Source of the DNA: Oceanispirochaeta sp.
GTDB lineage: Bacteria; Spirochaetota; Spirochaetia; DSM-2461
DNA: 64,000 nt
Direction of reading: 5' to 3'
Assembly (NCBI GenBank): GCA_963666275.2
Contig: CAXXOA010000002.1
Location: 928,001-992,000 of the forward strand
The translations under genes and the position numbers were made by a program. The notes below the pieces were generated by a model that made no database searches, was not told the origin of the DNA, and worked only from the letters and a program-made list of their open reading frames with translations. Of this stretch, positions 47,524 through 57,165 are shown piece by piece (the first letter of the stretch is position 1; every line of letters starts with the position of its first letter).

Positions 47524-49728
47524 TCAGAAAGAAACCCTGAGGATGGTGTAAAAACTTTCCCAGGAAACCCTTACATCTCTGAGATGTTCCATACAGAGGG
47601 TCCGGTAATGTTCTGTCAGATCAGGGCTCAGGTGTTTTGAAAGCCTGCTTCCCAGGGTTCCTTCTCTGGTCGGGGACAGCCACTGGTTCAGGAGGGCTTC
47701 CGTCAGGAGCCTTTCCTCTGTTCCGCTGAACTGTTCACTCGATTTGCGTATCGACTGATCCGGAATAAAAAGGCCCAGGGCTTTCTCCGGAGAAACAAGA
47801 TGAGGATGCCACTCCCTGTATACCGCCTCTTCCGCTTCCAGGATGCTGTCGAAGTCCGCAGATCCCTCTACTTTCTTTTTCAGGAGGGTCCCGAGGCGGC
47901 TTCCCGCTCCGGGGAGGGGTTCGCAGCTCAGCAGCTCTCCTCCCGGTGCGGCAAGGTCCCGGAGCAGTTCCCACTCGCTCTTCCACTCCTCCCCGGGAGT
48001 CCGGAAGATCCAGTTGCGGGTAATAATCCTTTCAAACCGTATTTTTTCGGAGCGAAGGTTCTCCAGGACCGTCAGAGGCGGAACGTCCTCTTCTCCCAGG
48101 AGCAGAGGCCGCTCGGTGACCGGGAGGGTCCGGGCAAAGTGACTGCACAGGTCCAGGTGCCTTTTTTCAGGGAAGTAGGCGGTGACTCCCCCCTCAGGGG
48201 ACCGGCGCCAGCTTTCCCAGAGCAGAAATCCGCCGGATTCTTTCCATACCAGGGTCCTGTGGTGTCTTTCCGGACTGGCCAGGGAGAAGACCCGTGATCT
48301 CATCTGCTCCAGGAACTCACCGGACTGACCGCTGGTCCGCCGCATCCACCGGTCTCTCTGTTTATCGCCGGGTGAGTAGGTGAGAACTTCTGCGGGTTCT
48401 TCGATCATCGAAGCCATCTGGGCTTCCCTTTTTCTGACCACATCATCCTGGATCTGCTGCTCATATCCCTGAGCAGAGGGCTGGTAGAAGATCCGCCCTT
48501 TCAGTCCTTCCGGCAGATAGGCCTGGGCTACCCAGTGTTCCCTGTAGGCATGGGGATAGTTGTAGCCCTCGCCATGGCCGAAGCCGTGCTTGTCCCGGCT
48601 GGGATCCTTCAGATGGTTGGGAACCTCTTTGGCCGCTTCCTCCTCCACGACTTTCATGGCATCGAAAAACGCCAGTGCCGAGTTGGATTTGGGAGCTGTG
48701 GCCAGATAGAGTGCCGCTTGGGTCAGTGGGAACTGTCCCTCGGGCAGACCGATCCTGTCATAGGCCTGAGCCGCCGCGTTGACCACCACAAGGGCATTGG
48801 GATCTGCCAGCCCGACATCTTCCGAAGCGGAAATGATCATTCTTCTGAAAATGAACCGGGGGTCTTCTCCGGCCCGGATCATCCGGGCCATCCAGTACAG
48901 GGCCGCGTCAGGGTCGGATCCTCTGATGGACTTTATAAAGGCACTGATCGTATCGTAGTGATAGTCTCCCTCTTTGTCGTAGAGAACCACTTTCTGCTGT
49001 ATGCTCTCTTCGGCGGTTTCCAGGGTTATATGTATGGAACTCCCCACGGGGGGAGGATAGTTTTCGGGAGTTGTCTCTACAGCGAGCTGCAGGGAGTTGA
49101 GTACGCTCCGGGCGTCTCCGTCTGCGGTTTTTACAAGATGTTCCAGAGCGCCCTCTTCAAAGGACACTTTCCACTGTCCGTATCCCCTTTCTCTGTCATT
49201 CAGCGCCTGGAGGGCGATCTCCTTCAGATCCCGGGAGTTCAGTTCCTTCAGCTGAAAAATCCGGCTCCGGCTCACAAGAGCGGAGTTGACTTCGAAGTAG
49301 GGGTTCTCCGTGGTGGCACCGATCAGGATGATGGTCCCGTTTTCCACCCAGGGGAGCAGAGCGTCCTGCTGAGCCTTGTTCCAGCGGTGAACTTCGTCAA
49401 CGAAGAGGATACTCCTTCTGCCGTGGATATCTCTTGTTTCCTGGGCTTCATCAATGGCGTCCCGTATCTGTTTTACACCGCTGAGGACCGCATTGATGCT
49501 AATGAACCGGCTGCTTGTTGTTCCGGCAATGACCCGGGCCAGGGTTGTTTTTCCTGTTCCGGGAGGGCCGTAGAAAATCAGGGATGAAAGCTGGTCTGCC
49601 TGTATGGCTCTGCGGAGAAGCCTTCCCTCTCCGACGATATGATCCTGACCCACGTATTCATTCAGATTACGGGGGCGCATCCTCGCGGCGAGAGGTTCGT
49701 TATGGGGAGCCTGTGCAAAAAGATCCAT
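47524..49728 (-). CDS. rarA: Replication-associated recombination protein RarA/MgsA fused to a C-terminal domain of unknown function
   Basis: [44 protein letters not shown] and SEDVGLADP motifs, plus about 290 extra C-terminal residues. Confidence 0.9.
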   Translation of the reverse strand: MDLFAQAPHNEPLAARMRPRNLNEYVGQDHIVGEGRLLRRAIQADQLSSLIFYGPPGTGKTTLARVIAGTTSSRFISINAVLSGVKQIRDAIDEAQETRDIHGRRSILFVDEVHRWNKAQQDALLPWVENGTIILIGATTENPYFEVNSALVSRSRIFQLKELNSRDLKEIALQALNDRERGYGQWKVSFEEGALEHLVKTADGDARSVLNSLQLAVETTPENYPPPVGSSIHITLETAEESIQQKVVLYDKEGDYHYDTISAFIKSIRGSDPDAALYWMARMIRAGEDPRFIFRRMIISASEDVGLADPNALVVVNAAAQAYDRIGLPEGQFPLTQAALYLATAPKSNSALAFFDAMKVVEEEAAKEVPNHLKDPSRDKHGFGHGEGYNYPHAYREHWVAQAYLPEGLKGRIFYQPSAQGYEQQIQDDVVRKREAQMASMIEEPAEVLTYSPGDKQRDRWMRRTSGQSGEFLEQMRSRVFSLASPERHHRTLVWKESGGFLLWESWRRSPEGGVTAYFPEKRHLDLCSHFARTLPVTERPLLLGEEDVPPLTVLENLRSEKIRFERIITRNWIFRTPGEEWKSEWELLRDLAAPGGELLSCEPLPGAGSRLGTLLKKKVEGSADFDSILEAEEAVYREWHPHLVSPEKALGLFIPDQSIRKSSEQFSGTEERLLTEALLNQWLSPTREGTLGSRLSKHLSPDLTEHYRTLCMEHLRDVRVSWESFYTILRVSF

Positions 49729-49740
49729 TTACTGATTTAA

Positions 49741-50322
49741 TCAGAATTTTCTGATTTCGTCTTTAGCCTGTTTCAGAACCTGACTGTACTGTTCTTCCAT
49801 TCTGCCGAACTGTTCGGAAAGGAGCTTGAGGAATTCCGGATCATCCTCGGGAGACAGCTTGACAGTTTGTCCTGTCTGCTGCTGAAGCTGCATCTCTTTC
49901 TGGCGCAGCTGAGGCATATACTGCTGTTTCAGAGCCTCTTCCAGCTGATCCATATTGGAAAGGTACTGTTCAAAGAGCTGGGAAAGCTGTCCGAACAGAT
50001 CGTTTGTATTTTTTTTATCTCCCGTGATGAGGATAACGGCTTTTTTCAGTTTCTCCAGTCCCGCCAGATCGGCTTCCAGTCTCGGGAGGGAGAGGTTTGC
50101 CAGAACCGTTTCCAGAGCTCCGGAGCGGAACCATACCTGTTCGTCCCCTTTATAATGTTTCAGCCTGTCGGCAATATCAGATTCTTCGGGTTTCTCCAGA
50201 TAGGAGGATGCACTGATCTTTCCCTCCTTTGTGAGGGATGTCTTTTTCATAGCCTCTCTGTCTACTTTCAGGTCGGCGGTTTTTTCCATGGCCAGTTCAA
50301 GGGCGGATTTTATCTTTCCCAT
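49741..50322 (-). CDS. Hypothetical helical protein (DUF6657-like)
   Basis: N-terminal MGKIKSALELAMEKT motif; immediately upstream of rarA. Confidence 0.7.
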   Translation of the reverse strand: MGKIKSALELAMEKTADLKVDREAMKKTSLTKEGKISASSYLEKPEESDIADRLKHYKGDEQVWFRSGALETVLANLSLPRLEADLAGLEKLKKAVILITGDKKNTNDLFGQLSQLFEQYLSNMDQLEEALKQQYMPQLRQKEMQLQQQTGQTVKLSPEDDPEFLKLLSEQFGRMEEQYSQVLKQAKDEIRKF

Positions 50323-50536
50323 ATATTCCTCTTTCTCCGGGAGTCCTTCTATTCCTGAAAAACCGGTTTTCAGGGGTCCCTGTTATTCGCAATCCTAAGA
50401 ACAAGATAATAGGATTAATCTCCCAGATCAAGGAGACTCTTCCAAAACCGGAAAATTCCCCTTTTCCGGAGTTCCCGGCCCCCGCCGAATCCGGGGATTC
50501 TTATTATTTCAGCCCTGTGGTATACTCCCAGACGCT

Positions 50537-50902
50537 ATGAGTAGAAGAAGTGAAAGACAGAGAACAGAAAAATTTCAGAAAAGAGCAACTGTCATGCTGG
50601 ATACTTTCCACTGGCAGAAGGAAGAGGAATTTTTCCTGGGCATTATTGAAACAGGAGTTTTTCCTGTGCAGGAGGTTCGGGATCTCTCATGGGATCAGTT
50701 GAAAGATACCTATGAGGGGCTTTTCTGCAAAGGAACCCTTCTTGAGCTGAGAGACAGTATCCTGGAAGGATTCCGCGAGATGCTCACTACCGGAGAGGGC
50801 CTTTACGGTGAGCCAATTAATAACGGTAAAGGGCAGTTTCCTGTTTTCAGAAAAGAGAGTCTCAAGGGCGTTACGAAAGAACTGGACCAGTTCAGGGATT
50901 AA
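50537..50902 (+). CDS. Hypothetical protein
   Basis: 121-aa ORF preceded by TGTGGTATACT, a -10-like element; fills the gap between minus-strand genes. Confidence 0.6.
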   Translation: MSRRSERQRTEKFQKRATVMLDTFHWQKEEEFFLGIIETGVFPVQEVRDLSWDQLKDTYEGLFCKGTLLELRDSILEGFREMLTTGEGLYGEPINNGKGQFPVFRKESLKGVTKELDQFRD

Positions 50903-51464
50903 GAATACCCGATTCCGTACAGATCATATCGACTTTACGGTCCAGGCCTTCCTCGGTAGGGATGAATTCCCTGAGGCAGGCGTCGCAGGTTATTCCGATC
51001 AGCAGAGTTTCCGACAGATCTGCTCCGGCCAGATACCTGTCGTAAAAGCCCCCGCCCCGTCCCATTCGTTCCCCCTGTGCGGTGAAGCCCAGGCCGGGAA
51101 CAAGGATTATTCCATTTTTGTCAGGAGCCACTACCGGGGAGTCCCGGCGGGGTTCTCTGATTCCCCATTTATTAAGAACAAATTCTCCGGGATCCCACTG
51201 CTTCAGTGCTCTGAAGGTCATGGTTGTGGAGCTTTCTATCAGGGGCACGGCCGTCTCTTTTCCGGCAGCAAGGCCTGCTCTTATCAGACTGTCCAGACAG
51301 ATCTCTCTGCCGAAGGAGAGATAGGCGAAAATGCTACTGCTGCTCTGCCACTCCCTGAGTCCCTCTATACTTCTGCAGATATTCGCGCTGATGATTTCAA
51401 TTTCTTCCGGGCTGATACGGTTCCAGGTTTCCCTGAGCTGTGAGCGGCACTCTTTTTTTGTCAA
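50892..51464 (-). CDS. 5-formyltetrahydrofolate cyclo-ligase
   Basis: WGIREP and VPGLGF...RMGRGGGFYDRYL motifs; TTG start. Confidence 0.92.
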   Translation of the reverse strand: MTKKECRSQLRETWNRISPEEIEIISANICRSIEGLREWQSSSSIFAYLSFGREICLDSLIRAGLAAGKETAVPLIESSTTMTFRALKQWDPGEFVLNKWGIREPRRDSPVVAPDKNGIILVPGLGFTAQGERMGRGGGFYDRYLAGADLSETLLIGITCDACLREFIPTEEGLDRKVDMICTESGILNP

Positions 51465-51579
51465 TTTATTTCCTGAATCCTTTTTTTAATTAAATTTTCC
51501 TTCCGCAGTTCCGGAGACTCCCTGTGTCCTGTTTCACAGGAAGGGAATCAGGGCCGGAACAGAGGGTAAGGGGTGCCTG

Positions 51580-52212
51580 TCAGTATCCGAAGCTGACACC
51601 CAGGCTGTTTGTTCTGAGAGTAACATAATTTCCGCTCACAGGAGCATTATTTCCCAGGGAAAATGTAAAATAGCGGCTCTCATTAAAGGGATCATAGACA
51701 CGGCCCATCCCGGTCCGGCTGTTGATCTCCATTTTAACAGGTAGGGGTTTGTCTATATACCGGCTTAACATGGGTTCGATCCCTTTCAGGGAGACCGCTT
51801 TGACAAGGTTCATGTTGGTATAGGAGGTACTTTTATAGATCTGGGCGCTTAAGCCCTCGGGTATGCCGGGAGAGGCGGGGGATTCATCGTAATTTACCCA
51901 GAGCAGATAGGAGTTTCCTTCTCCGTAGGCTTTTCCCGCAGCAGGTTTGTCAACAAACACATGGATGCCGAATCCTCCCATGCCATCCTCAAGCCCGTCC
52001 ACGTATTTCACATTGAATTTGTAGGTTACCGTATCCTGTTGTTTCAGAGGCAGGTTTGCTTTGGCCATGCCGGCTTTCAGGTCGTTCTGATACAGACGAC
52101 TGCCCGAGAGATCCCAATCTCCATAGGTAGGTTTTACCGGGAGGGTCTGGCTGAACAGAGGGGCGATTAGCAGAAGAGCTAAACTGAGTGTAATAATAAC
52201 TTTCCTTTTCAT
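51580..52212 (-). CDS. Hypothetical exported beta-rich protein
   Basis: Signal peptide MKRKVIITLSLALLLIAPLFS; GAGG RBS. Confidence 0.72.
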   Translation of the reverse strand: MKRKVIITLSLALLLIAPLFSQTLPVKPTYGDWDLSGSRLYQNDLKAGMAKANLPLKQQDTVTYKFNVKYVDGLEDGMGGFGIHVFVDKPAAGKAYGEGNSYLLWVNYDESPASPGIPEGLSAQIYKSTSYTNMNLVKAVSLKGIEPMLSRYIDKPLPVKMEINSRTGMGRVYDPFNESRYFTFSLGNNAPVSGNYVTLRTNSLGVSFGY

Positions 52213-52345
52213 TTTAGATACCTCTAACAGATGGTTTTTTGTGTGCGACAAATATCACATTAACCCCGAAATCCCGAGGCTACAAGGAAAAAATACTCAG
52301 TTATTTATGAGTTCTCTGTTAAAGGGGAAAATCAGGGAAATTTTG

Positions 52346-53722
52346 TTACCACCTGGATTTATTGTTGTTTATAATAAATTCAGCCGCAGCCAGAAGGTCC
52401 CTTTTTACGATGAGTCCGGGGTACTTCTCCTCCCGGATAGAGGCAGCTGTTTTCTGCCCCTGTCCGGTCATCACCAGAAGAGGGGAGAGATTTCCGTTCA
52501 GACCGCAGAGCAGGTCTCCCTCCCTGTCCCCGATCATCCAGGATCCCTCCTTTTTCAGAGAGAACTCCTGGATGGCTTTTTCAAGGAGAGCCGGGGAGGG
52601 CTTTGTGAAAGACATGTCCTCCAGAGTGGGGTGTATCGCTCTGTTTCCGGCTCCGATGCTGTAATAGATCGCATCGGGCTGGGCCTCGGGATCATCCAGC
52701 TCCCGGGACATGAGATAGCACATATACTCATGGTTGAGCTGAACCACCGACTCGGGAACATAACCCAGGCCAATGCAGGACTGGTTGGTATTCACCATGA
52801 TCGCAAAACCCGCTTCTCTAAGCTTTTTGACAGCCTGGGCGCTGCCGGGGATCAGCTGCATCTCTTCCGGTCCCGTCGTGTAGGCGGAAAGGGTGTTGAT
52901 GACCCCGTCCCGGTCCAGAAACACCACAGATTTTCCTGCCAGCAGAGGGGCCTCGCAGAGGGGCTCTTCCGTACAGATATGTTCTCCGTCCTCCCGGAGC
53001 TGGTGGATTGTTACAGAGTAGGGGGCCCGGCAGAGAGAGGGGGCTCCGTACCAGGTGGTTATTCCCTCTTTCCGGGGGGAATGGCCGGGATGATAGTGCC
53101 CCGAGAGGCTTAAAAGAACCTTCCGGGAATCCCGGGTGATGTTTCTGATGTTCTCCCATTCCAGATAGCGGTGCGTGCTTTTGGACTGGTGTTCCTTCCG
53201 GATGAGAAAATGCTGCAGATGGATCTGTCTATAGTGTTCATCCTCAAAAAGAACTTTCTCCATCAGACGCCTTTCCCTGTCTATCCTGCGTGGTCTGTTT
53301 TCCTCCCACTGACGATCGTGAAAGCTGACAAAGCGGAAGGCTCCGAAATCCTGAATCAGCGGCTGGTCTCCGAAGACCTCAGTGAAGAGATCCCCTGTAT
53401 CGCTGTTGCCGGGAATGACTATCCAGGGGATCCCCGCCTGTTCCAGAATCGAACGGATCAGTCTGTAATCCTGTCTCACCGTTTCTCTGAAGGGCGTCAT
53501 CAGGTCCATGTAATAGTCGTTGCTGTTCAGCACAATGGCGGGAGAATCCACCAGGTCGCCGGTGATCACAACCAGGTCCACCGAAGAACTGCGGAATCTC
53601 TGAAGGGCCTTTCTGAGAATGGTGACCATCTCTCTGCTTCTGTTTTTATGCTTCAGAGAGGATCCCGGTATGTGGTACCGCAGATGAAGGTCTGATATAT
53701 GGCCTATTCTGATTGATTCCAT
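52346..53722 (-). CDS. Fusion of a calcineurin-like metallophosphoesterase and a HAD-IIIA (GmhB/HisB-like) phosphatase
   Basis: N-half has SDLH, TGDLVD, PGNSD and SGHYH. C-half has FLDRDGVIN, TNQS, KP and IGDREGD. Confidence 0.82.
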   Translation of the reverse strand: MESIRIGHISDLHLRYHIPGSSLKHKNRSREMVTILRKALQRFRSSSVDLVVITGDLVDSPAIVLNSNDYYMDLMTPFRETVRQDYRLIRSILEQAGIPWIVIPGNSDTGDLFTEVFGDQPLIQDFGAFRFVSFHDRQWEENRPRRIDRERRLMEKVLFEDEHYRQIHLQHFLIRKEHQSKSTHRYLEWENIRNITRDSRKVLLSLSGHYHPGHSPRKEGITTWYGAPSLCRAPYSVTIHQLREDGEHICTEEPLCEAPLLAGKSVVFLDRDGVINTLSAYTTGPEEMQLIPGSAQAVKKLREAGFAIMVNTNQSCIGLGYVPESVVQLNHEYMCYLMSRELDDPEAQPDAIYYSIGAGNRAIHPTLEDMSFTKPSPALLEKAIQEFSLKKEGSWMIGDREGDLLCGLNGNLSPLLVMTGQGQKTAASIREEKYPGLIVKRDLLAAAEFIINNNKSRW

Positions 53723-53778
53723 CTACAGAAAATTGTAGTGGGGAAAAGGCCTTATGGGAAGGATTTTAAAAAGGATTT

Positions 53779-55311
53779 TTAAAGCAGAGAGTGATCCTCC
53801 TGGATCGAGTAACGGATAACAGCTCTGCCCAGTCTGTAGAGGATGATCTCCTTCCAGCGGTCCTGGATGATTCTTCCGAAGAGGGGCACACTGAGGGAAA
53901 CCACCCCGGCGGGGGTTGTTTTTCTGCTCAATCTTGTGAGTTTTCTTATCCTCATGACCGGTTTCAGAATCTTGTAGGACTTTCTGCCTGTCCGGGAGAG
54001 GAGAGAGACCATGGGATTTTTTGAGAAGTCCCGGGCCTGTCGGATCAGGTCCACCGAAATATTCTCCATGGCAAAGTGGCTGCCCGGTGCATTTGTATAG
54101 ATCCGGGAGAGGCTTATCATCAGGAGCCTGTAGGATACGCCCAGCCCCTGGGTGACCCTGTAGCTCATCCAGGGAACTGATCTTCCAGGATATCTCTCTT
54201 CGGGGAGTTCCTGAAGGAGCCTCAGGATTGTCTCTCTCAGTCCCGGTTTTTCCGCTTCATCCGAAAGGTGTTCATTCAGAACGGACAAGGAGCGTCTGAG
54301 AAAACTGTTCAGGCCTTCTGAGACCCGGTGCCTGGCGGAACGGCCCTCCCGGGGAGAGAGGGAGTAGAGGGTGTCCTTTTCGAAGCCCGATTCCTCCAGG
54401 ATCTGTTCGTAGCGTTTCAGCATGGCCTGGAGCAGGTCCTGTTTGCCCTCTTCCTGGGGTATGAGCTGGAGTTCCCTGTCGAAGTGCTTTCCCTTGCGGA
54501 TAATTTCACTGCGGGAAAACTGTCGCCGCCGTCGGGACAGCTCCTCCGTATTTCCCCCGTAGAGGTAGATCATATAGTAGGCCGCCCGGAGCAGAAATAC
54601 GGTGTAGTAGTAGCGGATCATTCCGGACCAGATCCCCCGGATCAGGATGGACCGCAGGGTATAGAGAAAGATCCCCGGCAGGCCGATCAGGGGTATCAGA
54701 ATCAGCCGCAGTGCCTGAACCGCCAGACCTCTCCTGTTGATAAAATCCACAATCGGAAGGGCGTTCAGCATTTTCTGGAATTTCATGCTTCTCTGGAAAG
54801 GCCGGAACCATTTGAGCCGCCGTGTCAGAAGGTACCGGAGAAGAAACTGCTTTTCCACTTTGAGATGGAGATCCTCATAGGCCAGCAGGAGAGTCTCCAG
54901 CAGTCGAACCGGTGAGAAGTTGAGTTTCAGAGTTTTGAAGGACAGATCTTCTCCTGCGGCTTTTTTTTCCGTGGGAATGAATTCCATCAGCAGGGTTTTC
55001 AGGTCATCAAGGATCTGAAAAGACTCGGAATGGATGAGTATCTTCCGGATTTTTCTGTAAAGCTGCACCCACAGATCCCGGCTGCTCTGTTCCTGCCATT
55101 GGGCTCCTTTCATTTTTCCGGGAGAAAAATACCGCCGGGATGTACTGAACAGAATGATCGGCGTAATGATAAAGCGCACAATCACTGGGATCAGGATCAG
55201 AGAGATCACAGCCATAATGGCGGCTGTCAGGACTATCGGGTGATAGAGTATCGATTTGATCAGGACTGCTCCATCAGCAGATCCAGGGTCTGCCAGCCCA
55301 GGGTGGCGCAT
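53779..55311 (-). CDS. Hypothetical basic membrane-associated protein (start uncertain)
   Basis: 510-aa ORF with an N-terminal TM segment, Arg/Lys-rich; abuts or overlaps the sufU end. Confidence 0.65.
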   Translation of the reverse strand: MRHPGLADPGSADGAVLIKSILYHPIVLTAAIMAVISLILIPVIVRFIITPIILFSTSRRYFSPGKMKGAQWQEQSSRDLWVQLYRKIRKILIHSESFQILDDLKTLLMEFIPTEKKAAGEDLSFKTLKLNFSPVRLLETLLLAYEDLHLKVEKQFLLRYLLTRRLKWFRPFQRSMKFQKMLNALPIVDFINRRGLAVQALRLILIPLIGLPGIFLYTLRSILIRGIWSGMIRYYYTVFLLRAAYYMIYLYGGNTEELSRRRRQFSRSEIIRKGKHFDRELQLIPQEEGKQDLLQAMLKRYEQILEESGFEKDTLYSLSPREGRSARHRVSEGLNSFLRRSLSVLNEHLSDEAEKPGLRETILRLLQELPEERYPGRSVPWMSYRVTQGLGVSYRLLMISLSRIYTNAPGSHFAMENISVDLIRQARDFSKNPMVSLLSRTGRKSYKILKPVMRIRKLTRLSRKTTPAGVVSLSVPLFGRIIQDRWKEIILYRLGRAVIRYSIQEDHSLL

Positions 55312-55685
55312 TTCAGTCTGACCGGATAGTTTACGAGGCCCTGCAGGGCTGTGATGTCCCCGTACTTTTCAAGAGTCTCCGGAGAAATCTCGCCCCGGAA
55401 GACAGTGTTGATCTCCTTTGCTATATCCCGGGCTTCCTCCAGAGGCTTGCCTGCAAGCAGTTCCGTCAGAATCGAGGCGGAGGCCATACTGATGGAACAG
55501 CCCTCTCCGTCAAAGATGATTTCGCTGATCCGGCCGTCCTGTACCTCCAGTTTCAGAGCCACCCTGTCTCCACAGGAGGGATTGTCCAGCACGGCGCCCT
55601 GTTCCTTTTCCTCCAGCTTCCTTTTATGTCTGGGGTTTCTGTAATGTTCCTGAATTATTTCCTTATGTAAATCGTCAAACTGCAT
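55260..55685 (-). CDS. sufU: SUF system NifU-family protein SufU
   Basis: NPSCGD, GCSISMASAS and RLKCATLGW motifs. Confidence 0.92.
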   Translation of the reverse strand: MQFDDLHKEIIQEHYRNPRHKRKLEEKEQGAVLDNPSCGDRVALKLEVQDGRISEIIFDGEGCSISMASASILTELLAGKPLEEARDIAKEINTVFRGEISPETLEKYGDITALQGLVNYPVRLKCATLGWQTLDLLMEQS

Positions 55686-55687
55686 TT

Positions 55688-56053
55688 TTATTCTCCCAGT
55701 GCCAGACTCACCTGTTTCAGCAGTTCCTCGTCCCGTATCGGTTTGAGGAGATAGGCTTCCGGATTGATGCTGAGGGCTTTTTTTCTGATAGTTTCATTGG
55801 GATAGGCTGTCAGAAATATGACCGGTGTCTTTTTTATCATCTTAACCCGCTGCGCCGCATCTATTCCATCGATAAAACTTTTCAGGTAGATATCCATGAG
55901 AATCAGGTCCGGATTGTGCTGAAGAACCGCTGGCATCACCCCGTCGGCATTCTTTACAACTTCAGGTACTTCATATCCTGCCAGTTGGAGCATTTCCTGG
56001 AGTTCCATGGCAATAATCGGTTCGTCTTCGACTACTAATATTTTTTTCTGCAT
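55688..56053 (-). CDS. Single-domain response regulator (receiver only)
   Basis: VVEDE, LMDI, FLTAY and LKP receiver motifs; no output domain. Confidence 0.9.
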   Translation of the reverse strand: MQKKILVVEDEPIIAMELQEMLQLAGYEVPEVVKNADGVMPAVLQHNPDLILMDIYLKSFIDGIDAAQRVKMIKKTPVIFLTAYPNETIRKKALSINPEAYLLKPIRDEELLKQVSLALGE

Positions 56054-56115
56054 ATAAAATCATCTCTCCGTTCTCTTTTGAAATTCATATTAAATCGGTT
56101 ATACTCACAATAGTT

Positions 56116-57165
56116 ATGTATCGGAATAAAAAAATCTTCTTTTATGCTCTCAGCGAGTATTTTACTCCCCTGGACCGCATGCTGACTAAAATTCACAGGA
56201 ATTTGTTTTTGAAGTATAAAAATACTTCAATGTTTTTATCCCTGGCCATCTATGTTATTATACAGCTGATTTGGGGAAAATCCCTCAAAATCTCAAGCAA
56301 TTACTTTGTCCTTATTCCTCTTTTCGCCTCCACCCTCTCCTACGGTCTTGTCGGGGGAATCCTTGCGGGTCCTCTGGGGCTTCCTCTTAATCTGCTAGTG
56401 TTCCATCTTGCCGGGCACCCCGAATACGCTCCGGAAAACCTTCTCATTGCTGAGTTATCGGGTATAACAGTCGGCTTTGTTCTGGGATACATGAGCGATT
56501 TTTTCAGTAAGATGAACCGGGAGATACAGAAACGGAGGATCACCGAAGAAAAACTCAGAAAAACCCTGGCAGACAAAGAGATCCTTCTGGAGGAAGTGCA
56601 CCACAGGGTCAGAAATAATCTCAATATCATAAAAAGCCTTGTGGCCCTTCAGTCCTCCCGTGTCTCCGATCCGTCCTTCCGGGAGGAGAGCGAAAAACTC
56701 AGACAGAGGATCTTCTCCATTTCGCTGGTTCATGATCAGCTGTTTCATCACAACAACAGTGTCTTTCTGAATCTGCAGGAGTACCTGTCCTCTCTGATAG
56801 ACAACCTTCTGAGCCTTTCTGTCCATCAGGGTATCAGTCTCACCACCCACTGGCCCGATGAGGATATGCCCCTTGAAAGTGATAAAGCTATTTATATCGG
56901 ACTTATATGTCAGGAAGTGATCGTGAACGCTCTGAAATATGCTTTTGAAGACATAGAGTTTCCTGAACTGACCTTTTCTCTGGATATTCATGATGACCGC
57001 ATTCATATATCCATTGCCGATAACGGATGCGGATTCGATCCTGAGGATTCATCCGAGGGGCTGGGGAAAAAGCTTATCCGGTCTCTTTCTGGCCAGCTTG
57101 ACGGGACCTGTTCCTTTGAAAACCGCAAGGGCACCGTATTTACTCTGGACTGTCCTTTCAGATAA
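56116..57165 (+). CDS. Membrane sensor histidine kinase (HisKA_2 type)
   Basis: N-terminal TM bundle, EVHHRVRNNL H-box, EVIVNALKYAF N-box, DNGCG and GLG boxes. Start codon uncertain. Confidence 0.88.
   Translation: MYRNKKIFFYALSEYFTPLDRMLTKIHRNLFLKYKNTSMFLSLAIYVIIQLIWGKSLKISSNYFVLIPLFASTLSYGLVGGILAGPLGLPLNLLVFHLAGHPEYAPENLLIAELSGITVGFVLGYMSDFFSKMNREIQKRRITEEKLRKTLADKEILLEEVHHRVRNNLNIIKSLVALQSSRVSDPSFREESEKLRQRIFSISLVHDQLFHHNNSVFLNLQEYLSSLIDNLLSLSVHQGISLTTHWPDEDMPLESDKAIYIGLICQEVIVNALKYAFEDIEFPELTFSLDIHDDRIHISIADNGCGFDPEDSSEGLGKKLIRSLSGQLDGTCSFENRKGTVFTLDCPFR

Noticed and set aside
48535..49587. 350-aa plus-strand ORF
   Set aside because: Antisense to the conserved RarA core.
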